The notes beneath the pieces were generated by a model. It worked only from the letters and a program-made list of their open reading frames with translations. It did no database searches and was not told where the DNA came from. Shown here piece by piece: positions 26,384-39,325 of a DNA stretch of 64,000 bases; position 1 is the stretch's first letter, and each line of letters opens with the position of its first letter. Both the position numbers and the translations under genes were made by a program. The DNA comes from Oculina patagonica (Eukaryota): contig NC_135761.1 of assembly GCF_052425735.1 (NCBI RefSeq), positions 23,746,001 through 23,810,000 on the forward strand, given 5' to 3'.

Positions 26384-28660
26384 TTAAAACAGCTGTGGCT
26401 TGTCTTTCATCTCCTGGTTGATTCTTTGTTCCACCAAGCTTAACAGCATGTTTTCTGTTGGTATATTGTAGCTCACAAAGCACTGTTTGTTGGTCTTCTT
26501 GGCTGGCAAGAAAATAATATTCATAGAAATATTACAAGTTATTTCTAACAACCAGTAGAAATATTACAACAAGCTATGAAAATAAAGCAGTGGAGTAACA
26601 ATGTTGTCTTGACTACAAATGGCATCCACTTTAGCTCAAATTACTGTGTAAGACAACAGTTACCAGTATATATAGCAAGCTCTATGTGAAAACTCATGTC
26701 ATCGTGCTACCCATATAATCCCTCATTTCTTCTTTTCAATGAAACAGTTAGCCTGTCCTAAGGATAAATCCCATATTTAAAGTTTAAATGTACAAACAGA
26801 GGTATTGGTTGCTAAGACACTGTAGTACATTCTAGGTTAAGGGAAACTAGTGCCACACATGTACTCAGGAATAAACACAATATCATAACCTTACAATATG
26901 AGGGACAAAGTCTCAGAGACTTCTCCCCAAAAATCAGACCAGTTTGATTCAATGAGGCAAGTTTGAGAGTCAGGGGGATATCTTTCTGGGAATATTTGGG
27001 TGGGTTGTGCTGCTGGGACTCCAGCCCTGTATTAGACCACGTTCAGCTGCATCTCGCAACCTATTCTAGACTTGACATAAAAAATCCCTACCCATGCCAA
27101 AAGCAGAACCTTAAAAAACCATATCCACAGCACATACCTATAAAGACCATTTTACGGCAGTACCCCTCTAAGCCCTCAGGTAGTAATCAAAACTGGTAAT
27201 CAGGGTGCAGTACCAGTAATTAAACTTGGTATGACCTAGATTGTTCTTACCCAGCCGTTGTGCAAGTGTTGTTGAGTTTAGATCAGCTTTACTTCCTATG
27301 AGGTTCACAACTGATGGCACTGAATCCTGTCAAAACAAAACAGTCATTCCAAGATGTTCTAGTTCTCTCTCTACCTGCCACATGTAGGCTCAAAGGGTTT
27401 TGGGAAAGCAACCCTCCAAGTTTATTTTTTCCCTTAGTGGCCGCCACTGACTGCTCAAGTTTGGTTGCCGGTGTAAAATTTTAGTTACTAAATGAAGCTC
27501 ACGCTTTCAATCCTTCTCAGTTTTAGTCGCCAGGCTGGTGACTTCAGTTCCAATTTAGTAACCAGGTCCAAAATTTTAGTTGCCATGGCAACTAAAATGG
27601 TCTTAACTTGGAGAATTGGAAAGGGAAAAACCTCATGAAAACACAAGCAGACCATCTCATCTAATTTGCACATGCATTCACCTCGCACGCTACATTTTCC
27701 CACACTCCATTCAAGTCTTCAAGATTGGAGCAAGTTTCTTTGTAGTCACATTGATAGTGGGATCTCATGACCTTCATCAACCTGACAGCCCATATTAATT
27801 TTGGCTTACAAGTATTGTCATTACAGGTTACTCCCAGCATTTTGCCTGGGTGCCATCATAGTCCATTGGCATCTGGATGAAGAATGGCCCTGGGAGAGTT
27901 ACAAGTGTCCATGTTATGGATTCAGATTTAGGGGGGGGGGGACAACAGGAAAGATGGAGACTCAAAAACTTTACTGGGATACACAATAATTGCAAAAGGA
28001 AAACAAATCAAAACAAATTTTTGAAAAATGCTCAGACATTTTGCGATGACCTTGAATAATATGTTACACACAAACTGAGTTTATTAGAGTCTTGACCTAT
28101 CAGTGGCGGATCCAGACCTTTCGGATAGGGGGGGGGGGCTATCAACCAGACCCTGGAAGGGACCCCCTCTCGAAAATAATTTTTCTCGGCCCTACAGGCC
28201 TCGGTTTGGCCTAAAAATAAGGTGGGGGCCCAGGCCCCCCGGCCCCTTCCCCTAAATTCGTCACTGTTTATGAAGTAACTACCCCGATTCCCCCACCCCC
28301 TGGCCTGCCTTAACCCCTCATGAAAAAAACAATATTAAAATCAGGGTACAATCACTCTTCTCCACATTCACAATGACAGCTTAGATATCCTTTAACGGTT
28401 ATTTTTAAAAACATTTTCTAAAGGCTACTCACGTATTTTGTGCACATAGCTACAGCAAGTGCATTCATTTCAGGAGAGGATCCAATCCACACATACAAAC
28501 TGTCCGTCATTTTGAGAATTTGAAAATGAACTTTTTGATCAAGAAGCGTGTCAGAGAATGTATGAACCTTAAATTTACATTCTGCCGGTAAATAACCTTC
28601 GGAAACTGCGCCATCGCTGCTAACAGTTGTATCCCCATTCAACTGAAGTTCGTCCGCCAT
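26384..28660 (-). CDS. PSMG4: Proteasome assembly chaperone 4, 3 exons, 140 aa
   Basis: Exons 28660-28433, 27326-27251, 26502-26384 splice to ...VHTFSDTLLDQKVHFQILKMTDSLYVWIG...LAVAMCTKY|DSVPSVVNLIG...TTLAQRL|AKKTNKQCFVSYNI...LVEQRINQEMKDKPQLF*, matching PAC4. Confidence 0.95.
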
Positions 28661-28953
28661 TTTGAAAATCGACGATTTTCGTAAAGGTTCGGATAACTTC
28701 GGTAAAATATCGGTTGTCGTCGTCTTGTCGTATTTCAATACCAGTCTTTTGCCGCGAAAACGCCGGTGCACTCGATAAGAGCAACCATATTTGATTTTTT
28801 CCGAGGAACCACAAAACTGAATGGAAGTGTTTGGTCGAAAGTAAGACAAAGCTGCAATACGAAGCGGCCTAAATACTATTCAGGAATATAGATTTTCTTT
28901 GTTTTCATGCCTTCCTAAAGGGGAAGGTTTTGAACGTAATTTGACAAGTGGCC
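28661..28953. promoter_or_regulatory. Putative bidirectional promoter between PSMG4 and the FBXL14-like gene
   Basis: Divergent ATGs separated by 293 bp; CpG-rich; PSMG4 start in caaaATGGCGG context. Confidence 0.55.
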
Positions 28954-31900
28954 ATGAATTTTTCTACTGAACACCAAGGTCCACTCATCGCAGATATTGC
29001 AGCCATTGTGTTCTCGTTTCTTGACGTTTCAGAGAAGCAAATTGCTGCGCAAGTTTGTCGTTTATGGAACAGAGTGACTAACCTGCCGTCATTGTGGCGT
29101 GGGGTTACAGTAGTGCTCCCTTTAAATTGTTCAGAGGCTCTCGTCAAAAGCCTAAGCCGACGAAAAATTACGAGGGTGAACTGCTCGAGGGCTAACAACG
29201 ATGACTTGTCAATTCTGTTCTCTAATTTACCGGAGATTACTCATCTTAATTTAGGAGGGTGCCCGCAGGTTAGTGAGGCGTTTCTCAGAGAAGAAATTCC
29301 GAAATTACATCAGCTACAACACCTTTCCTTCAGACGATGTGGACGGTTGTCTGACAGTGTTTTAGATGCATGTGGGCCTCACATCAAGAAACTAAACAGT
29401 TTCACTTTGGAGGACTGTGATAACATTACTGAAGCTGGTTTCCAAAGTTTTGTCAAACATTTAAGTGAGCTTGAGGTGTTGGATTTGACTTGGTGTGAAG
29501 GGCTGACTGATGGGTGTCTGAAGACGCTCGCAACCAGCTGTCCCAAAGTGTACAGTCTTAGTCTGCGGGGATGTGACTGGGTGACTGTGCTTGGTGTACG
29601 ACATGTGGCTGAGAATCTCAAGGACTTAACTGTACTTGATTTTAAATGGAGTCACGGAATAAATGATGCAGCAGTTGAACTAGTGGCTAAGAACCTTCCT
29701 GAAATCACATTTCTTGACGTCAAGGACTGCCCATTTGTGACAACTGAAGGTATTGGCCATGTGACAAAACATTTGACGAAATTAAAACATTTGTCATTTG
29801 GTGGTGGTGATCACATGCATTTTGCAAACAGCGTTCAAGACATTGAAGTTATGTTCACAGACATATCCCGGTTGACTGAGCTTAGATGTTTAGCATTTGA
29901 TTTCTGTGATGGCATCAGTGATTCTGCAATGCATACTCTTATCAAAAGCTTGCCAAATCTGAAGGTGTTAGATGTCGGGTATGTTGAAACAATCAGTGAC
30001 AATACCGCGGATTTGATTGGCTCGCACCTGCAGAAACTGGAGTCATTATCACTGAGCAGTCAAAAATTGGCAGACAGAGGAGTCACAACCATCGCCAGCA
30101 AGCTGACGCAGTTGAAAACACTTGACCTAAGGAACTGTGAAATTAGTAATGATGGAATGGCAAGGATGGCTCCATATTTAAAAAATTTGAAATCTTTGAT
30201 ATTGTCGTCTCATTCCAAGCTCACAAATGTTGGTGTGAAGTACATAGCAAATTTTGTGACAAATCTTACAAGTCTTGATTTAATGGACTGCTGTGGAGTG
30301 ACAAATGCTGGTGTTGGGATTCTTGCCTTCAACTTGACTCAATTACAGCAGTTGAATTTGTCCTACTGCAGGCGTGTTTCCAACCAAGGTACCTTAGTTA
30401 CAATTTTATTGGGATTATCTTTTTATTATACTTTTTTGTCTCACAGCTACCACTGTTTATTAATATGATTTGAAAGTCAAAATACACAAGTGTTATTTAT
30501 GCCTAATAAAACAATTACTGTAAAATTCCAGTTATAAGCCTCACTGATTATAGGCCCATCTACCTGGAAACAAAAACATACATCTGATTATAAGCCCCTC
30601 CGGATATAAGCCCCCTCTGCCAGGTGACAGTACTGAACAGGGCTAAATGTTGCTTTATTATGCGTTTTTAACTTAAAAACGTATTTCTATCAACACTCCC
30701 GTGGCTCTTTTCGAAACGTTTTTTAATTCCGCTTATAAGCCCTCCCGGATATAAGCCCCTCCACTTATAAGCCCACACAAAACTCCTTACGAAGTTGTGT
30801 AAGCCCAGGGCTTATAACCGGAACTTTACGGTATTTAATTTCTATTGTGCGACATAGCTGGGTTTTTTATGGGTCATGTTTATTTATTTATTTATTTATT
30901 TTAGTCTTTAGGCAAGTAGAATAACAACAAACAAGTAAAAAACACCCAGCCTTATGTATTTTTCCCTGAATAAATAATGGGCAGTTCCAGAAAATATCCA
31001 TACACCACGACGGACGGCTTTTTGGAATTCCGAGGGCAAGGGGGGGTTCTTTGAACTGGAATTCCGAGGGCATGGGGGGATACTTATGATTGGAATTCTG
31101 AAGGCATGGGGGAGTTCCAGATCTTGGATTTCCAGAGGAGACAGACAAAAGAGTGTTCCTTGAAATGCTAATTTTGTGGATTACTCATTTGTAAATAAAG
31201 TACAAACTGATGACTGCGCCGCAGAAGCAGGATACAAGAAGATACAAGACAAGTATCGATCGATCAGGCGTGTGTTTGCGTTCATTTACAAAAGAAAACC
31301 AATAAAATGTGGGTTGTACATCAAGCTCCAGAGGCCTTAACGTTGATGAATGTCTTCATTTACTCCTTTTTCTTGTCAAAGCGGATCCACAACATATTCA
31401 GCACATTCAAGGGAACGCGAAACTATTTTGCCACACTTCGAGACGCCATTTTGAAGCACGTGGAATTGGGAGCGACTGTTGACCGCAGAGGCTCAAATTC
31501 AAGATGGCAGATATGTCAGTGCACTCAATCGTATTATCTTCCGAAAGTACACACATAACACAATATTGTTATTTTAATGTTCTGTACCAGTTTGGGGCAA
31601 TGTAAAGTTAATGTAGGTTGTATCTGTTGAACAAGAGTAAGGAGAAAACTCTTATTTTTTTTACATTTTCATCCCAACCTCTGTTACAGATTGAGTCATT
31701 TGAAATAATTTGATGTAAAATACGCCAAATTGGGCATATTTGCAAACCCTGCCGGGAATTGTAAAGGACTTAAAGAAAAAAGGAAAAATCCGAACGGGAG
31801 GGGGGATTAAGGATTATGGAATTCCGAGGGCATGGGGGGGTAACACATTTTGGAATTTCCGAAGGTAAGGGGGGGTTAAAATATTGAAGCCGTCCGTCGT

Positions 31901-32533
31901 GGTGTATGGATATTTTCTGGAATTATCCAATTTATTCAAACGATAATAATTTATTATTGTTACTATACAACAATAATAAATTATTATTGTTTAATTAAAT
32001 ATTATAATATTATACTTATTATTATAATTATTATACATCACCATTCTTTCATAAATGGGAAAATTGTTATTTTAACCGTGTGTAATTATATTTACTCTGC
32101 AGGTGTTTGTGAGATTGGAAAATATCTCAAAGAACTCAAACAACTAACTTTAGACCAGACCAAAGTAACAGACCATGGGTTTGTTTATGTCAGCCGACAT
32201 TTGCCCAAGCTTGTTTCCCTTGGTGTTGAAGGATGTAAAATAACAGACAGAGGTCTGATCAAAGCCTCGGAATCTCTCACAAATCTAGAAGAGCTTGATC
32301 TTGGTTCAAATCTCATTACTGATGAAGGAATCAAGCAGGCAGTTGTGCACTTGAAGGGTTTGACAGACATGACTTTGACAAGTTGTATGTCAATCACAGA
32401 TGCTAGCATTGAATGTGTCGTAAACCAACTACCTTGTTTGACACATCTGGGAGTTGAAGGCTGTCTTTGCATCTCAGAGGATGCTATTGATAGACTCAGG
32501 GAAACTGCAAAGTCGTCCATTAGTTTCTTTTAG
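28954..32533 (+). CDS. F-box/LRR-repeat protein, FBXL14-like, 2 exons, 621 aa
   Basis: Exons 28954-30388 and 32103-32533 are in phase; F-box IAAIVFSFLDVSEKQIAAQVCRLW..LWRGV resembles FBXL14; roughly 20 Cys-containing LRRs follow. Confidence 0.88.
30518..30831. mobile_element. TA-flanked MITE, same family as 3344-3702
   Basis: ctgtaaaattccagttataagcc...gcttataaccggaactttacgg; internal sequence closely similar. Confidence 0.85.
30978..31929. mobile_element. Non-autonomous DNA transposon with about 40-bp TIRs
   Basis: ttccagaaaatatccatacaccacgacggacggctt / aagccgtccgtcgtggtgtatggatattttctggaa; shorter relative at about 32642-32838. Confidence 0.85.
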
Positions 32534-35504
32534 TTTGGTCTTGGTAATGATGCTCTAAACTAGTACCATAAAAGCTCTATTAAACCTCTTCGTCCTCTTT
32601 AATGAGTCCTCCCCTCCCAACCCCTTCATCCCAATGTCTGTTGTGTTGTTCCAGAAAATAGTCTAACCCCCTCCCCCCCATGGAAGGTTTTTGTTTGAAC
32701 TTACCCACTACCCCTGAAAATATTCCAGTTTAGCTTCATACATTCCTTTTAAAATGTTAGCTTTTAAGACCCCCATCCCCCTAAGAATTCCCAATAACCT
32801 TCCATGGGGTTGGTATGGATATTTTCTGGAACTGCACTTTTTTATACACATTTACATGTATGTGCACTCCCCTTCAAAAGATCATAAAAGAAAGAACTCA
32901 CTCTCCAGGAAGTTTAATAGAGTTTTTGTGTTAAATTCAGACATTTAGTGCTATAAAGGTGTGTTTCAGAAGTGACAAACTGGAGTTAGTTAATTTTAGT
33001 GTTAATGTGTTATTCATCTCTGTACTTATACACTAGCATAGGGTTAAAAGCAAATCAGCTAACAGATAAACACTCACAAAGGTTAGATTTTCTGTGATTG
33101 AAAAATGACTTTTCATCAAATGAGGCATACCTCTTTTCATTGTTAGTACTGTTGATTAGAAAGCATAGTTTTGTTTAGAGTGAATGAATTGATTTCTGCT
33201 TTCTTGATAATTCAGCTCCAATATGTAGGTTAAAATGCCCCTACTAGCCAACAGAAATTTTTTATTTGAACTACATTAACATAGAGTATTTGTATTTTTA
33301 CATATGAAAACTTTCATTTCATATGTACCAGTGCTTTAACATGCAAGGTTGGTGTGTTACTAAAATGGCGTCAAGATCATTTTAACATTGAACATATTTA
33401 AAAGCCAAAAACTGTTCAGTTTTCAGGGTGTATTTTTGTAAGGTATTTTCTAGCACCCATTATTTTGTAGAGTGTGTCTAACCAAACCATTCCACAGCTT
33501 TTGTCATCTAGACCTTACTTTATTTAGAAACTAACCTTGTTTATTTTGTAAGTTTATTGCATTTTTGAGTAGAGTGATTTTTCAAAACTATTAGGCAGTA
33601 ATTCCATTGTTATCTTTTATGTATTTATGACAACTTGAACTAGATCAGGTTTTTCAACACATGCAAGAGTAGACGACAATCATTAGCAATTTTGAATATC
33701 ATAGATGGCTATGAACTCAAACAGATTAGCTTCAAGTCAACAGTGAATCTGACTTGGCACCGGATTTATTGCAAACCGTTCTAGATACAGACTATTAAAG
33801 TTTGTTTCATGGGTTCTGTGAAATCACTCCAATGTGATTATAGGAATGTGATAAAAAATGAACAAGTAATTACTTACATTTAGGAAAAGCTTAGAGTGAC
33901 CATCCTCTGAGACCCAGAGCAGAAAATCATTCGAGAGAGATACAATGGACTGAAAGACAGCCTGTGTTTTAGTGTAGGTTTTTTTGTGCAATACAAAGGT
34001 GTCGTAAAGATCTGGGGTAAACGAGAAAAATAACAAGTGAATAGAAAGCATGCATGAGCCTTTCAAAGTGAAAATTGGAAAAAAAGCCTTTTTGCTGTCT
34101 ATTGTACATGATTGATAGCATTAGTGCCAACATGTTCTTGCAAACGTTATGTCAGTTTTGAATTTTTTAACTTCTACTTGCCCCAATTATCTGCCACGGT
34201 ATCTTTGAGGATGATGGTTACACAAGCTTTGCTTAAAACCAATCCAGTCATTCAAAGCCGAAAATTAACAGTTTTTGTAAGACAGCTTTAAAACTTTAAT
34301 ATTACTGATGAATTTTGCTAAGCTCACACTTTCAAATCAAAACGGAAAATAAGGGTACTTGAACCAAATGAATTCAAACCCTCTAAAGATATTTCTATCC
34401 TAAGTTAGCATTAATCAGCTTTAGTACAACTAGGAACAACAGTGTGAGAAAAGTGTATTTGTAAAAAGCTACATGCAGAAACTATCCAGAAAGCTAAATA
34501 ATCAGATAAAGAGAATTAGAAGATTTATTATTAGTTAAACTTAAATGGGAGTTTGTTACAAAATTTAACATAATTTAAATTAGCCTTTTAAGCAAATTCT
34601 TGGCACCTGTTTAAGTGCAAATTACGGGGCTGAACACTAGAATTATGTGTGAAACGTTATTGCATTGCGAGAAAAAACGATCAGATGCGAGATTAAACTG
34701 CACATTGTTGAAACAACACCAAGTAAAATCAAAGTATTTGCAGAGAAACAGCCCAAGAAAACAGAATTCTTTTATATCTCTTGCAAGGTGTAAAATATTC
34801 AGACCCAACAACATGAATTGATGATATGACATGAAAAATATATTTATTGCTTCTGATTGGTTGCTTGGTAATTATAACTGCGCTGATCAATTAAGAAGGA
34901 TATTTTTGTCTCTCGCACAGGAGATAGAAATGAACTTGTATAATTTGAAAAATATTTCCCCAGGCTAGTTACATGTCCATCTTACAAAGGACTGATTAGA
35001 CTTCAGGCAAATCAGGTGTTATGGAGACAAATTACATTTCGAGAAATCTTTTGGAGCGAAATACTTAGAGCCATTTTTGTAGTCTTCCACTTGGACGTTA
35101 GCTAAGGCTCTTCCATAGATAGTATTATTAAAGTGTTACTGCTTTAGACCATGTCATTATTCACTTTGATGTGACCGGAGTTTTGACTTGATTTATATTA
35201 AATCTCGTAAGGGACAGCTCCCCCCCCCCCCCCCCCCACTTCCCTGCTATGGGGTCGACTGTGCAATTCTTTGGCAATTTTTTGCAGAAGAAACGTAGGA
35301 GAAAAAAATCGTGCACAAGTAGTCACGGGAAAAAATTAAGCAGGCCCCACCTGATAAAAATAGAGTGGCGCGAAAAGAAAGTTTCCAGAGGGTCATGTTG
35401 GTAAAAATAATTATTGCAGATACCGATGCTGAAAAAATTATTACTCAGAAATAATTGCCAAAACCCACCCCCTCGTTATTGCGCGCCTTTATGTACAGAA
35501 TCTA

Positions 35505-35990
35505 CCTTAATCGCGAAATTAAAGTGACGCGAACAATAAGTGTCGCGAACATAACATGACGCGAAAATTAAGTGACTTACTTTATATCAACAAAAAAAAT
35601 TAAGTTTAGTACCCTGAAGGAAGGATTTTCAGTGTAAATGGATGTTGTCGTCAATTGACTCAAGAACAATAACTCATGCACGTACAAACATGACCTACTT
35701 GTAGACATTGTGAGAACTGCTTTGTTGTTGCTATTGCCGAGAATAAGACCCGCTCTTGCGTTTTTGTTAATTTTGACGTTGTTGTTCCCTTGATGAAGTC
35801 GTTTTATTTAATTCAAGGGTATGTTAAATAATATTGCTAAGGAAATGTCAATTGTGTCTTACTCAAAAACGCGAATTTAAAGTGATTAAAAATACAAAGT
35901 TTTCGCAAAATCGCGAAATTTAAGTGTCGCGAAATATGCCCACTTTAAAATCACGAAATTAACGTGTCGCGAAAATTTCATGTAATAAGG
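35505..35990. mobile_element. TA-flanked MITE (tcgcgaaa repeats)
   Basis: ta|cctta...taagg|ta with repeated gtcgcgaaaat motifs. Confidence 0.6.
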
Positions 35991-36336
35991 TACGTCATTT
36001 TGTGAGCATAATTTCGGAAATCAGGAGCATAATTTGAGAATTCTGGCATAATTTGGGCATAATTTGCCAAAATTTCGAGCACTGCTAGTGGCATAATATG
36101 CCACTTTTAGGAGCACAATCCGCCAAGGCCTATGCCAGTGCATGCTCTGAAACGCGAGGGTCTCGGGACATAAAAGAACGGGCGAGTCCTGCGAGTTACC
36201 TGTACATTGCTTCACAAGCTGCGGAGGAACCCTGTTTTCCGGAGTTTTTGATAATCTTAACGTAAAGCCAGATGAAGATAAAGCAATAGCTACCACACCT
36301 AGGATCTGGAAGTACTATGCAGAAAACGCACTTTGA

Positions 36337-36708
36337 AGGGACTATGTCATAGAGATTTCGCAGATTTTTGGTCTAAACTGTTCTGAAATTAGTGGAAGGC
36401 AACTAAACCCAAAAAAAACAATATCTTTGAACATCTGAAGGATGATACAATCTTCATTTGAGGATAGAAATCAAACTAAAAATATCGTTTTTTTGAAGAC
36501 GCGCGAAAACAATTTGAAAACGTTTGCCTAACGTTTTGAAATTGCAATCCGTTTCCATCCGAGCCATCCGCAGCCAATGATGCTAGTTAACAGTTTCAGT
36601 GCTCTAATATAGCAATTTTTTATAAAAATGGACTATTATTTCTTTCATGAGACACAAACATAAATTTTGGCTGTTCAAAAATCTGGTAAAATCCGTGACA
36701 TAGTCACT
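36337..36708. mobile_element. Kolobok-like MITE
   Basis: agggactatgtca...tgacatagtcact|ttaa inverted ends. Confidence 0.65.
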
Positions 36709-37297
36709 TTAAAGAAATCGGTCAAAACTAATAGTCATGGCTATACTCGCATCGTTGCTCATTAACGTCTTGTCTTGTTGCAGCTTTGGTTTTCATGATG
36801 TAATGTCTAAAAATATCCGAATCATCCGTTCGAATTTCTCTCTGAATCTCTATTCGTTCCTTGGAGCAAATAAAAAGAGACATTCAGAAACAGATTCAGT
36901 TCTAATATGGATTAGAGTTTTCAGAACTTTGTCAAGGAAACATTAAAATTGAAAAAAATCGGAATTACATAAATCAGAGACCATTTAGAGAATTTTGACT
37001 GAAAACGGTTACATGTAAAAGCCATTTGTATAACCATAAGCATCCAATTTAGCGGCGTAAACATGCATTTCCAGAAATACGTAGTCGAGATTTAATTTTT
37101 TCGGATGTTTCATCAGCGCGTTCTAATCTTGTGCTGACGTCTTTTTCGTACGTAATAAACGACTCCAAGGCAACGCGAACTTTTTAATCATTTCGGAAAG
37201 TTTTTGACACGGTTTCAGCTCGTTGCAAACAACTATTTTTCAGAACCGTTTCTGCAGCGATTTTTCCAACATTGGTTTCTGCATTTGATTACGAAAG

Positions 37298-38521
37298 ATG
37301 TGCGGGTCACTACTTTCTAAGTTTAAAGGCAACAAAATCGATCCAGCGTTAAGGATTTTTCCGGCGAATCCACAATGGGTTCCGAGTCACATGAAGCTCG
37401 CCAACAAAGACTTGGCATGTTGTCAAGACAGAGAGCTTTGGAAATACGAATCTCAAAATGGTGAATCGACCGTTCATTCTATGGTGTCATTGCAGAGTAA
37501 CAGTTCACTTGGATCTTCAAGCGAGTCTGATTATTCGTCGCAAGATGAGATAGAAGATGCCGTGCGCGCATTGGCTGAACAAAGACTCAGTTATCCTACT
37601 CGAAACTACAGGAATGGCAGGCCTTGCGTTGTAGTCAGCCCGCACCAGCAGCTAATGCAAACTGCGCATGAAATTCTCGCATTCCATGCTTACAGCGCTT
37701 CTTCAAGTTCTAATACTGCCCGCGCCGTTAAACCGCTCAGCTCGACTAATTCAACTCTCCCGGGAAAGGTGCAAACCGCGGTCGCTTTCGACATTCCTGT
37801 TGGAGACAAGAAGACCATCTGCCCGTCCGCGAGAGTGCCGATGCGCTTTAGAAAGCGAAAAGTCGCGCCTGAACCCACTTTGGAAGATGTGAAGGAGAAA
37901 ATGCGCGCTGCTGAGGAAAGGAAGATCAAGGAATTACAGCGCATCCGAGAGAGCGCGCGCAGCAGAGCTGGACTGGGGCGACCACACCCAGCAGAGGCGT
38001 CGGCCCAAGCTACTGCTGCGAGAATCGCAGCTAAGCAAGCGGCAGCCGAGAGCAAGCGCAATGTGGAAATCGAGAAGCGAAAGCAAGCTGGGAACAGAGC
38101 GTCACGGAATAGAAGCAGGATCGCTGCAGCTCAAGCCTTTGCCAAAACCCAGCTTCAGTCGTCCATTAAACAGAAGGCGGAGAAGACCGAGCAAAGAAAG
38201 ATGAAGCAACAACAGAAGATTGACAGGCAAAATAATCTGCGAGAGAGGCACGCCAAGAAGGTCAACGACAGAGTAAGATTAATTCAACGCTACTATGGAA
38301 GACTTTTAGTAATTTATTTGTTGAATTTCAGTTTTCTTATTTTTTTCTTGTCTTTTGATTTGTAGATGGTGCGAAAGCTTAAAGACGAGGAAGATGAAAT
38401 CCGCGCCGATCTCGCAGAATTAGAAACTTACCACGCCTCTGATGATGGCGACGAGTCCTGGGGAGAAGAGCAAGAGGAGAGGAGGACTGTGTACGAGTGG
38501 GAGGATTTCTTTACTGATTAG
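37298..38521 (+). CDS. Uncharacterised protein with stathmin-like coiled coil (STMND1-like), 2 exons, 376 aa
   Basis: Exons 37298-38272 and 38366-38521 are in phase; AVAFDIPV...PTLEDVKEKMRAAEERK resembles the stathmin motif; basic coiled coil; acidic tail ending YEWEDFFTD*. Gene model is solid; family call is tentative. Confidence 0.7.
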
Positions 38522-39325
38522 AGCGCGGTGGCGGATTTTAGGGGAGCCATCCCCTTCCCCTTCAATCCCTTCGACTTAAAAACTCAACGGCCAATAATGT
38601 TTCACCCCTCCCCCTCTCCCCACACCCCTTACACGAGCCAGAATGTACAAGCTTTACTCCCAACGCCTGATCGCAGGTTACTCCCGACCCCTTTTTATTT
38701 TCCATCCCTCCTTACTCCCTGCTACCCTTTACACCCCACCTTACCCCTTTTACCCCGCATCGTTTTACTCACCAACCTTACTTTATACTCCCTCCCCGCT
38801 TAACTTTAACCCTGTTCCCATTTGCCACGGTTTCTTGAGCAAGAAAAGATCTATCTTTCCCATAAACTCACTTTTTGAACTCCTCTTAATCCGTCACCGT
38901 TTTCTGCTTTTTGTATAAAGTCTGGAAGTATAACCTTGAGTGAAATGAGTATTTCAAAGTGAAATTTGTAACTTTGAACGAACTGCATCAGTTCAGTTTT
39001 TTGTAGATTTTTACGTTTTCGAAGATATTACTCAACGTTTGATTTGTGAAAGAATGATTCGAAACAAAATAAAGCTTGTTGTATTGAATAATTTCGTCTG
39101 CAGTTTTAATGCGATTGTGCACTTAAACCTTTCTTCGAGCATGGCCCGTCAAAGTATTTAAATTCGGCGCACTTATCTCAGCGAAAATTGCTCCGAGAAA
39201 TAGGGAGTTTCAATCGGGATTCTAGTGTGTATATATGCTTACTAGGTGTACATGATACAACTAACTTTTCCTTTCCTTTTGCATTTTATTCAACCTTTAA
39301 CTTTGCAAATCATGCATTTCATAAA

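Noticed and set aside
28661-28849. Longer PSMG4 N-terminus from the ORF track
   Set aside because: Non-ATG start; homology and start context favour the ATG at 28660.
32900-35200. Hidden gene or ncRNA in the AT-rich stretch after the FBXL14-like gene
   Set aside because: I found no phase-consistent exons, snoRNA boxes or strong structure; likely 3' UTR or intergenic.
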